Assembly: GCA_950097015.1 (NCBI GenBank)
Contig: CATNEN010000001.1
Coordinates: 23,684,001-23,748,000 of the forward strand
Reading direction: 5' to 3'
DNA length: 64,000 nucleotides
Origin: Macrostomum hystrix
Lineage: Eukaryota > Animalia > Platyhelminthes
Made by a program: the position numbers and the translations under genes. Numbering within the stretch: the first letter of the stretch is position 1; each line of letters opens with the position of its first letter. Shown here one piece after another: positions 13,622-22,729 of this stretch. The notes under the pieces are model-generated. The model was not told where the DNA came from. It did not search any database and worked only from the letters and a program-made list of their open reading frames with translations.

Positions 13622-14061
13622 TTAATAAAGCTCAGGTGTCTTAGCTACGCAGGACGCTGACAGCCCTTTAACTGCGACTGGAACTCTGCACAGTGTGCTT
13701 CTTAAGACTTCGTGACTTTATCTCTTTCGGGCCAAGGATCCTTCACCTCACCGAAGGCAGAAGTCCTGACGCCCTGGTGGCAGCGGTACTACTACACTAC
13801 CTAGTATTCTTGGACTTCATATTGGAGTCCGCCGGATCCCGCATTGTTAGCAGGACGACCGGTACAACATAATATAAGCACATGGATAACAGCAAGCTAT
13901 ACTCACCTCTGAGAAATTTTGAGCACTGAGACACATTAGAGTTGAATTGAAACACCACTTTCTTGGGCTCTACAAGTTTAGTTGAAAGTTATTTTTATTC
14001 GACAGCTTTAACAATGAACAATTAATTTTACAATTTCGTTTTCCTACTCAATAAGACTAGA

Positions 14062-14126
14062 TCAGAATGATAAAAGCTAATTTCAGTTGGATTACTCAAC
14101 AACGAGGAATTCAATTTAATCATCAT
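14062..14126 (-). ncRNA. box C/D snoRNA, snR57-like
   Basis: ATGATGA / GAATTCCTCGTTG-TTGA / CTGA on the minus strand. Confidence 0.85.
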
Positions 14127-14314
14127 GTAAAATTGGATGTTTTAGCTTAATAAACACAATAATTAATTCACAATGCTTACAGTCGTTCAGCAGGTCGCTG
14201 AGCCGTTGAAACAGGTAGTTTGAATATTAGCCTAAAACTGTTAAAGTGGATTAACAAATAGGATCATGCAGTATTTTCAACAGTCGATAAGTGATTGAAA
14301 CATAAAAAAACACG

Positions 14315-14397
14315 TCAGCAAAAGGTAACTTTAGGGTATAAATCAGTTAACCAGATTAAACTGTTTATCAGAAGGTGTCCCAAAGTTTTGTCATCAT
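14315..14397 (-). ncRNA. SNORD58: box C/D snoRNA, SNORD58-like, U-targeting subtype
   Basis: Minus: ATGATGA-CAAAAC-TTTGGGACACCTT-CTGA(D')...AGTTACCTTT..CTGA; guide complements LSU AGGUGUCCYAAGG. Confidence 0.85.
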
Positions 14398-14574
14398 TTA
14401 TTTATTAAAGTAAATGAGAAAAAATTAATGCAGAAAATCACTCACCAGCAACTGAGTAACACAAACAGGTGTCCATTAAATCTAAAATTGAGAGTGTAAA
14501 AATAATTTTAAAAACGTGTTTTACCATGAAATACGTTTTGAAACTCGCTATTTCAAATATTACTGTCAAATAAG

Positions 14575-14638
14575 TCATGGGTGAAGTTCTCAATCAAACT
14601 TTTAGATCTGTTGGATCGCCGAAAAGCATTCTAATCAT
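14575..14638 (-). ncRNA. non-canonical box C/D snoRNA, family B
   Basis: Conserved boxes and guide. Confidence 0.78.
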
Positions 14639-14871
14639 TTATATTTATAAAAAATCATGCAATATATAATATGTTAGCAGTAATATCAAGTATAACTAAT
14701 TACTTTACTTACCATTGAAAGTATCTGTTCGCGATGGAAAGACATTGTCCAACAATATTTTTTAATTTTGATTTTTCTTAAAAAAAACATTCCTGAAAGT
14801 TCAAAAAGTATTTGAATTCAAAACACAATGAATAAATATTAACAACGTAATAATGGTAGCATAATTTTGAA

Positions 14872-14938
14872 TCAGAAAGATAATGAATCTAATTTCACTT
14901 GTACAGCTCAACAACGAGGAATTCAATTTGATCATCAC
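14872..14938 (-). ncRNA. box C/D snoRNA, snR57-like
   Basis: GTGATGA / guide / TTGA / CTGA. Confidence 0.85.
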
Positions 14939-15108
14939 GTGACCTAGGATTTTTCTAATCATAAACCTGAGCAAAATAGAAGCAAAGAAACTCACACTAT
15001 AGTCGATCTCGAGCCAGATTTGTACTTTTGCTCCTACAAATAGATTCGATAATAGTCCAATTAGATGTACTTTTATGACAGAAATTGTCTTATAGTATTA
15101 GGTTTAAG

Positions 15109-15185
15109 TCAGCTAAAGGTAACTTTAGGGTGTAAATCAAATAAACCAAGGTTTATCAGAAGGTGTCCCAAAGTTTTGTCATCAT
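15109..15185 (-). ncRNA. SNORD58: box C/D snoRNA, SNORD58-like, U-targeting subtype
   Basis: Plus-strand image tcagaaggtgtcccaa...tcatcat. Confidence 0.85.
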
Positions 15186-15365
15186 TCAATTAGGAGGGCC
15201 TGGTGTGATAAAAAAGAAAATCAACAGCAACCTTACCAGCAAGTATACAGCTATAGCACACAGACAGCTGCTCAGAACCTGTAAAATTGAATTTAAGAGA
15301 CAAAAAACTAATTTGATGCAGTTTAATTTACAAAGTCGATTAATAAACAGACGTATAATAGTTAG

Positions 15366-15430
15366 TCATGGGTGAAGTTCTCAATCAAACTTTTAGATCT
15401 GTTGGATCGCCGTAATAGCATTCTAATCAT
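15366..15430 (-). ncRNA. non-canonical box C/D snoRNA, family B
   Basis: Conserved boxes and guide. Confidence 0.78.
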
Positions 15431-15596
15431 TTAAAATAGAAAATGATATTTCCATAAAAGCAATGGTTCTTACTCACCGCAGTGGCATTTAAAGTTGTCT
15501 TTAACGAGATATACAGTGATCTAAAAATAAAGAAATGAAATTTATATAAAAAACCTAAAAAGCAATAAAGCAGGATTTCAACGATGAAAGCAAAGA

Positions 15597-15679
15597 TCAG
15601 TAAAAAGGTAACTGGTTATAGCAAAGTCACGTGTGAATGGTGTCACGCATCAGAGGTGTCCCAAGAATTTTGTCATCAT
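15597..15679 (-). ncRNA. SNORD58: box C/D snoRNA, SNORD58-like, G-targeting subtype
   Basis: Plus-strand image tcagaggtgtcccaag...tcatcat. Confidence 0.85.
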
Positions 15680-15846
15680 TTGAAATAATTATTACGAAAC
15701 ACAATACAGGCAGATCAGGCTATACCTACCTGAACTGTCGGCACTATACAACCATGTGTTCTTATGTTCTGAAATTATAATTTACATTATGTATAGTACA
15801 CAGGTTATATGCAAAAATAACTGTAAGATTATAGTACAAAATAAAA

Positions 15847-15912
15847 TCAGAACAAAAATAATTAATTTCATTACTATACGCTCAACAACGAGGAATTCAA
15901 TTTGATCATCAG
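15847..15912 (-). ncRNA. box C/D snoRNA, snR57-like
   Basis: CTGATGA / guide / TTGA / CTGA. Confidence 0.82.
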
Positions 15913-16112
15913 TTAACCAATTTATCTATTATTTTTCTGTTAGCTTGAAAATTGAAACTAGATATATGAGACTTACACTGCGGCAGAGTCGATCACGTGG
16001 GCAACTTGTACTTTTAGCCTACAATACAGGCAACAGGTAGAGCATACTTACAAAACTTGTTTTGATAATTTACAAAGTTTTAAATGGTGACCATGTTAAA
16101 AAAGGGCTGACA

Positions 16113-16189
16113 TCAGCTAAAGGTAACTTTAGGGTGTAAATCAAATAAACCAAGGTTTATCAGAAGGTGTCCCAAAGTTTTGTCATCAT
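16113..16189 (-). ncRNA. SNORD58: box C/D snoRNA, SNORD58-like, U-targeting subtype
   Basis: Identical to the copy at 15109. Confidence 0.85.
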
Positions 16190-16370
16190 TCAGTTAGGAG
16201 GGCCTGGTGTGGTAAAAAAAGAAAATCAACAGCAACCTTACCAGCAAATATACAGCAATAGCACACAGACAGCTGCTCAGAACCTGTAAAATTGAATTTA
16301 AGAGACAAAAAACTAATTTGATGCAGTTTAATTTACAAAGTCGATTAATAAACAGACGTATAACAGTTAG

Positions 16371-16435
16371 TCATGGGTGAAGTTCTCAATCAAACTTTTA
16401 GATCTGTTGGATCGCCGTAATAGCATTCTAATCAT
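16371..16435 (-). ncRNA. non-canonical box C/D snoRNA, family B
   Basis: Identical to the copy at 15366. Confidence 0.78.
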
Positions 16436-16601
16436 TTAAAATAGAAAATGATATTTCCATAAAAGCAATGGTTCTTACTCACCACAGTGGCATTTAAAGT
16501 TGTCTTTAACGAGATACAGTGATCTAAAAATAAAGAAATGAAATTTATATAAAAAACCTAAAAAGCAATAAAGCAGGATTTCAACGATATGAAAGCAAAG
16601 A

Positions 16602-16684
16602 TCAGTAAAAAGGTAACTGGTTATAGCAAAGTCACGTGTGAATGGTGTCACGCATCAGAGGTGTCCCAAGAGTTTTGTCATCAT
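16602..16684 (-). ncRNA. SNORD58: box C/D snoRNA, SNORD58-like, G-targeting subtype
   Basis: Near-identical to the copy at 15597. Confidence 0.85.
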
Positions 16685-16825
16685 AGTTTTCAGTTTGGTT
16701 CTCTACTAACAAATATTTAGAAAAGCGAGACAGACATTAATTACTGGGTAGCATTTGTGACAGAAAATTAAATGACACAATTAAATGTAATTTTAAAAAA
16801 TGCTTTACACTTAAAAGATATTCAG

Positions 16826-16887
16826 TCAATGGTGAATTTTTAATCCCAAATTGATTCAGATTGATTGCCGAAAAAAGCATTCTAAAT
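16826..16887 (-). pseudogene. decayed family-B snoRNA
   Basis: tcaatggtgaat...gattgccg..aaagcattctaaat: guide mutated and box C lost. Confidence 0.65.
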
Positions 16888-16992
16888 ATACTTTTTACCA
16901 ACTCAATAAAGTGTTATTTAACTTACTAGCTGTGTGTTAAAGGAATTGAATTGAATTGTGTATAATTGGTAACTTCTTTGATATTTTTCATC

Positions 16993-17064
16993 TCAGCAGA
17001 TAAAGGTAACTTGAAGATAAGTCATTGTTTGACATCAGAAGGTGTCCCAAGGTTTTGTCATCAT
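16993..17064 (-). ncRNA. SNORD58: box C/D snoRNA, SNORD58-like, U-targeting subtype
   Basis: tcag..aaaggtaact...tcagaaggtgtcccaagg...tcatcat. Confidence 0.82.
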
Positions 17065-17228
17065 GTAATTAGATTAACAAACATGTTAAAATGACACTTA
17101 CAAAACTTTTCAGTTGATTTAAGGCACCATGCAGCATAGACACTAAAATAATTATTTAAAAATGACACAAATATCAGGTATTTTCAAACATTATCAGGTA
17201 AAATCAAATAATTGTGAACATTCAAGTA

Positions 17229-17300
17229 TCAGTAAAAGGTAACTGGTTAAGGAGAAGTCATTGACTAACTCAGAGGTGTCCCAAGAACATTTGTCATCAT
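17229..17300 (-). ncRNA. SNORD58: box C/D snoRNA, SNORD58-like, G-targeting subtype
   Basis: tcag..aaaggtaact...tcagaggtgtcccaag...tcatcat. Confidence 0.85.
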
Positions 17301-17731
17301 AACTATAAAAATAAGAACTAACTAAAGCTGACAAAATATATATTCAGCTAAAGGACTTATTAATCATAATGGAGAAATATGAACTAACTGTATAACTAAA
17401 TGCAAAATATATTTCTTTCAACAAATTTACCTTGAATTAACAAGGCCATCGTGCCAATGAGTAGGCGACCGCGTGTGTGAGCTAAAATTTTTAAGGAGAA
17501 ATAAGGCATATAAGAAAAGGAGCAAATAGTTTTCTGTTTTAAAGTACAAATCAAGCAAGTTAAAATAACACACCTGAAAAGTATCTGTCAATGCTGGTGA
17601 TGAGTTTATGGTCTGATAATTGAATGCCGAGATTCTCTGAAAGTTTAATTGTTTGTTACTTATTATATAATAATGTCACTCCAAAAATAATATACAACTC
17701 AAGCAAAAGTAATGTCATTGCCAAGCAAAAA

Positions 17732-17799
17732 TCAGAGAAAGGTAACTAAAATTACAAGTCATAGAATTGACTCAGAGGTGTCCCAAGTTTTGTCATCAC
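17732..17799 (-). ncRNA. SNORD58: box C/D snoRNA, SNORD58-like, G-targeting subtype
   Basis: Same boxes and guide; box C GTGATGA. Confidence 0.85.
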
Positions 17800-18024
17800 A
17801 AGCACTTAGACAAAATATTTGTTATGTCACTTTACTGTCAGTTTGCAATATCTAATAATAATGAATAGCTTAACTGATTCAAGTATTAGAACCATTAACT
17901 TAACTTACTTCTTTAGTCTGTTGAGCGGTTCAGATAGAAATCTGCAAAGAGGAAGTAGAAAACATGAGTCCGTGACAGTATATAAAAATTAATGACGAAA
18001 AACATACTTGAAGACTAGTACTGA

Positions 18025-18084
18025 TCAGAATTTATGAAAATTATGTCACCTTTATTCATAAGGTCTCCAAAGATTAATCATCAT
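18025..18084 (-). ncRNA. box C/D snoRNA, family D (LSU AGGUCUCCAAGG guide)
   Basis: Minus: ATGATGA..CTTTGGAGACCTT-ATGA(D')..GTGACAT(C')..CTGA. Confidence 0.82.
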
Positions 18085-18518
18085 GTAAAAAGGTAAGATT
18101 CTCAAAGTCTATATATATAGCGAAAAAGTTTGAAAACCCTTTTTAGGAACCTACTAGGCTATTGTATGACTATAACCTGAAAAAACATTGACATCAAGCT
18201 ACATGCTTGCATATACTAATACAGAAACTCCATACACTTTCATTGTTTAATATCATCAGGTTTATTATAATATCATTTTGAAACAACCATTGCATTTAAG
18301 TTAAGCAATAAAAATCAGAGAATTAAGTCTTAAATTTCTGAGAACCAAATAGGGAACCAAATATCCAATGAAAAAAACTTACCTAGAGTTGAGGCGTCAA
18401 TACAAATGCTAGCGTTGGACTTGGACATCATTTGCTGTAGCTTAAATTTTGAGACAAAGTTAACACATAAGTCACAAGTTGAGCAAAACTAAATTAGTGA
18501 CAAAACAATGTGTTTAAA

Positions 18519-18590
18519 TCAGATATAAATTATAAGCAATGTCACATTGTCAGTGAACAATCATAAGGTCTCCAAAGTTTTATTCATCAT
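18519..18590 (-). ncRNA. box C/D snoRNA, family D
   Basis: Same boxes and guide. Confidence 0.82.
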
Positions 18591-18793
18591 ATGATAAGTA
18601 AATCAATTCACAATTAAAATATAAAACCATGCAACACACCTGAAAAAATACCTGCCAATGTTAATCTGTCAGTTAAGTGAGAAGACCCTCTGAAAGTTTG
18701 TTTGTAAATAAATTAAATTTATTGAAAATATCATTCTAAAATAATAAAAAGTAAAACCAAATATAAAAGAAAGGTAATTTTTTGTAGTTTAAG

Positions 18794-18865
18794 TCAGATG
18801 AAGGTAACTAATATTACAAGTCATAGTAATATTAGACTCAGAGGTGTCCCAAGTTTTGTCATCAT
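18794..18865 (-). ncRNA. SNORD58: box C/D snoRNA, SNORD58-like, G-targeting subtype
   Basis: Paralog of 17732. Confidence 0.85.
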
Positions 18866-19649
18866 TTTTAGTCCATTTTCAATCCTTTTGAATGATTTAA
18901 CGATGTTATAGTCTAGGGCAATCTTCTAGTTTTGTATGTTCCATTTTTTACAATTTTTTATACTTTTTAAACCCAACTAAAGACAAAACAGTCAGTTATT
19001 ATAGGCCTAATGGTAATGCTCAGACAGCATGGTAGTGTACCAGCCAGAAAGTATATTGCCAAAGATATTGTGTTGGTGGCAGCAAGGCCACAGAAACTTT
19101 AGACATTCAGAAAGTCTGAATGGGTGTTGATTGGATTTATGATCATGGGTTCATTGGCTGCTGTGATTTCACTCGGCTCTTGTGTTGAGAGGTTTAAGAT
19201 GCATAGATCAGCAGCAGGTCATAGGTTTGCAGCAGTGATGATTGCTGTTGGTACTATAAAGTATCTAGCCATGATTGCTCTAGAAACAAGAATCATCTAA
19301 CCCTCTTTTTATCAGCTACCCCTTCTTATATCTTTCTGGTACATCTTCACTATAGATATTTCCATGCATTGCCATAACATTCAAAACTTGTACAAGTTTA
19401 ATTATTTACATATTAACTTAAATAAAGTTTAGAACTTTTGATTAATAAATTATTATATAGTATTAGTACTAAAGGACTACATATTCTACCTTTATTTATA
19501 TATGAAAGTTTCATAAATTTATACTTGACTTACTTTACTGGCCACTATGCACTTTACTTTGGAATCTGCAAAGAGGTAAACAGAATACATGACATTTTTG
19601 TAGAAAAAATTACACAAAAGCAAAAATATTGTATAAAGACTTTAACCAA

Positions 19650-19710
19650 TCAGAAATAATGAAAATGATGTCACAATATATTCATAAGGTCTCCAAAGAT
19701 TATTCATCAT
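19650..19710 (-). ncRNA. box C/D snoRNA, family D
   Basis: Paralog of 18025. Confidence 0.82.
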
Positions 19711-20941
19711 GACTAAATTATTATTCTTTTAGAAGAGTTTACTTTAAGGTATAGCGTATAGCTATATGTAGCATAAATATTGAAGAAGTAGGCTAAAGGC
19801 AAAGCTGCAATAAAAATGTAAAGTTTAGATTTTGGCACTTACCATGACAGAAGCTAGATAATGTAGACTTTAGGGTAGTCTGTAGACACTCTCTGTTGAT
19901 TGGCATCATGGGCATAACAAAAAATGTAGATATCTAAAACAATAAGTAATGTAGGGCTTGTACTAAGTCATTGGTTATCTAAAACTATTAGAGAGAAATA
20001 TATTAAGATAGATAAGCAGGCAAGAAAACTTTGTAGAGAGGATACGTTGTAGAAATAAATTAATACATAAAATATCAACTGTTGGTAGAGTATACCTGGA
20101 GAATCCAACACGTATCAGAAAAACGTGTGCCTCCATATTGTGTGAAACTTAATTCCTCCAGTGAATGAATCCATGACGAAGAACGACAAAATTCCGAGGA
20201 GGTGTTTTGCGTTTGAATTTAACAATTTTGTTATAACTTGTTGTCACTTAAAACAATATAATTTTTCATTTTTTTGCTGGGCTTTTAGTCTTACTAAGAA
20301 CATATAATTTCATCGTACGATTTTGTTTTTGAAAAGTTAAAAGTTTCTTTTTGTATATGCAAAGTTTATCGCTACTGTAAACAGCTGCTAATATAAAGCA
20401 AGCAAATCGAGTGCCTTAAAATTCACATTATTATCGATATCAGTCGATATTGACCGTACAAGAGCTTTGCCAAAGCTAGTTACATTTTAGCTTCGAAGCG
20501 CTAGCTTAATTTTTATTTGAAGAGGACATAGTATAACCTATAGCTACTGTTGTTACATATTTTTGCGGTCTATTATCGGCTACTTGTGCAATAAAAACTG
20601 TATTCAATGTTTTTTCAGTGTGCAAATTAGTCCAAACTTTATTTTATAATACTTCATTGTCATCGTTTCTAAGCAAGGAAAATCTAAGCGACATCTATCT
20701 AGTTCTTATCTTGCTTGTTTTAACATGAGTTGTCACTCTTTCTTGTTTCAAGCTGTAAAATTTTTGAAAATGCATTTTTTATTTCACTCCAGAGCTAGCA
20801 CAATAAGAAAATTATAAGTCACAAAACTTTTTCTTACAAAGTACTTATATCTAGAGCGTAGTGGTTAACGTGTGCACTTAAAATTGAATATATATTTTTA
20901 TGTTCAGGCTATGAAAACGATCTGTTAACTTTTCAGCTACA

Positions 20942-21513
20942 ATGCCTGCCACTGCTCTGCAGCAGCACAGGGTAGTAGTGCAGGAGCCGTCACTGCGACA
21001 AACCTCATTGCAGGCGCCCGCTAGCCGCATCCAGATGCCCTCGACAGGAATCGGACCACATGCATCTTCAGAATCAACAGAGCAACGGCGGCAAAATTAT
21101 TCCCAGCAACAGGCGCATCAACATAATCGAAGCCAGCTGGCAGCGTCAGAGATGTTTGTCCCGCGAGTTCGCCTAGCCGAGGAGACTGTTGATGCCAGGG
21201 TGCTCGGCGCGGTGTCGGCCGATTTGAAATTCGACGAAAGCGTCGTGAAGGAGCGCTGCTCGCACACGCTGCCTTACTCAGATGCGCTGTTCGCTGGCGT
21301 CTATTCGCCCGACTCCATGCTGCCACACCGAAGAGCGACTGGACACAGTCAGCAGCACTACGGCCTGCGCTGCGGACACAAGGGTGCGAACTTTCGTTGG
21401 CCACAGGTGCGACCAAAAGAGCGCCGATGTTTAGAACCGCTGCAGGCGTCGCCGAGGACTCAGCAGCAACAGCAGCAGCAGCAGCAGTCACAGAAGCTGG
21501 CTGTTTCAGTTCG
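20942..21513 (+). CDS. HEATR4: HEAT-repeat protein (HEATR4-like), coding exon 1 of 10
   Basis: Acceptor tttcag at 20936, ATG at 20942, donor gtgagt at 21514. The ten exons join in phase to 3819 nt (1272 aa). Symbol is from recalled similarity only. Confidence 0.7.
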
Positions 21514-21645
21514 GTGAGTGATACATTCTTTATCGAGAACAGAACAGAATAATAATAGTAATAATGGCCCTCATCCAGTTAATGAGTAATATTCGAGCTT
21601 CAGACCACATCCTTCTGTGAATTTTTTCTAAACTATGACATTTAG

Positions 21646-21957
21646 GTCACCCACGAGCCAGAAACTAAACGAGCAGCAGCAGCCGCAGCAGCAGCAGCGT
21701 CCATCTAGCAAGTCCGGCGGCTTCTTCCTGACGGAGAAGCCAGTCGCCGTTGCCAGTCGGGCAACCACAGCCGGTGGTGGCAGTGACGCCTCCTCGAACA
21801 TCGACAGCGGTGCAGCGACTGGGCTGGACACCACGGGCTACGACTGGGATGATTATGTCCTGCGACAGCTGCACCCAAACACCGCCGCCTATGTCGCCAG
21901 GGAGGCCGCCCAGAATCCCGCGGATCGAAGGGCTTACGCTGATCGGCTGAAGAAATG
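21646..21957 (+). CDS. HEATR4: HEATR4-like exon 2
   Basis: tttag|g ... tg|gtgagt; YDWDDYVLRQLHPNTAAYV motif. Confidence 0.8.
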
Positions 21958-22114
21958 GTGAGTTCTGGGACATGGTCGTCATAGTTGCTCAAGTTCTTAA
22001 ACCTGGGAAACTACCGCACTTCGGGATTTTACAAAAATGTGTGTCTTTTTCTATGCAGTCCAACACATCGGTGCAAAATCCGTCTTCTGTTGAAGGCCCT
22101 GAGATAATAATAAA

Positions 22115-22260
22115 AATAATTGCAGGAGGGCTGCGGGCAACGGCACATCACTTGGTGACACTAGACCCGCAGCTAGCGTGGAGGAAATTCTGTCCATTTC
22201 GCTGACTCATAAGCATACTCGTACACGCACACAGATACCGTACGCAGGCACTCGCTCACA
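22115..22260 (+). mobile_element. fragment of a dispersed SINE-like repeat
   Basis: ataattgcaggagggctgc..ggtgacactagacccgcagc matches ~62336-62450. Confidence 0.7.
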
Positions 22261-22352
22261 CAAGAGTGGAACCCACTCAAAGTCGCTGGGTTCGTCAGTT
22301 CCTGTTTGACTGATTTCCATTCTCATTTCTAATCAATAATCGTACCATGCAG

Positions 22353-22681
22353 GTACGGCCAGGCACCGCCAGAGCTGGTGGACCTGGTCCCGGACCGGCC
22401 GGACCTGGTGGAATATCCGCCGGTTCCGTCGCCGGATCATTACCTGCTGGAGGCCACGGCGGACGAAGCGAAGCGTCGTTCGAAGCGCGGCCGGCCGAAG
22501 TCGAGCGCCTATCGGCTGTCGTCGCCGTTCCTTCGGCTGCTGGAGGCGGAGCGAGCCCGGGAGGCGGTCGGCGACAAGGGGCCGGACACAGATCCCTACG
22601 GGGAGGCAACGGGAGCGGCCTTCTATCGGCTGCCGCTGGGAGCCCGGAAAAAGGCCAAAGAGGATCAGACGGGAAATGAGG
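22353..22681 (+). CDS. HEATR4: HEATR4-like exon 3
   Basis: tgcag|g ... g|gtgagt; phase-consistent. Confidence 0.8.
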
Positions 22682-22729
22682 GTGAGTTGGGCTTGACCAC
22701 ACACGAATGCTTGGATGCTTGGGATTGCG

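Larger units (their letters stand above)
11030..20150 (-). ncRNA. multi-exon non-coding snoRNA host transcript (UHG/GAS5-like), or a very long spliced 5' leader of ARF1
   Basis: Short exons bounded by minus-strand GT(A/G)AG donors and pyrimidine-AG acceptors alternate with C/D snoRNAs (donors e.g. 11587, 11898, 12782, 13906, 19842, 20095). No ORF. Duplicated exons differ by a 2-nt indel (gagatatacag vs gagatacag). Ends approximate. Confidence 0.75.

Noticed and set aside
13634-13865. Telomerase RNA candidate (intronic, H/ACA-like)
   Set aside because: No CUAACCCU-type template; only CTAAC is present
17343-17400. Additional snoRNA starting tcagctaaagg
   Set aside because: No guide or box C follows; at most a remnant
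11226-19710. CRISPR-like appearance (conserved short repeats separated by unique spacers)
   Set aside because: Eukaryotic context, no cas genes, and the repeats are four different families carrying C/D boxes and rRNA antisense elements
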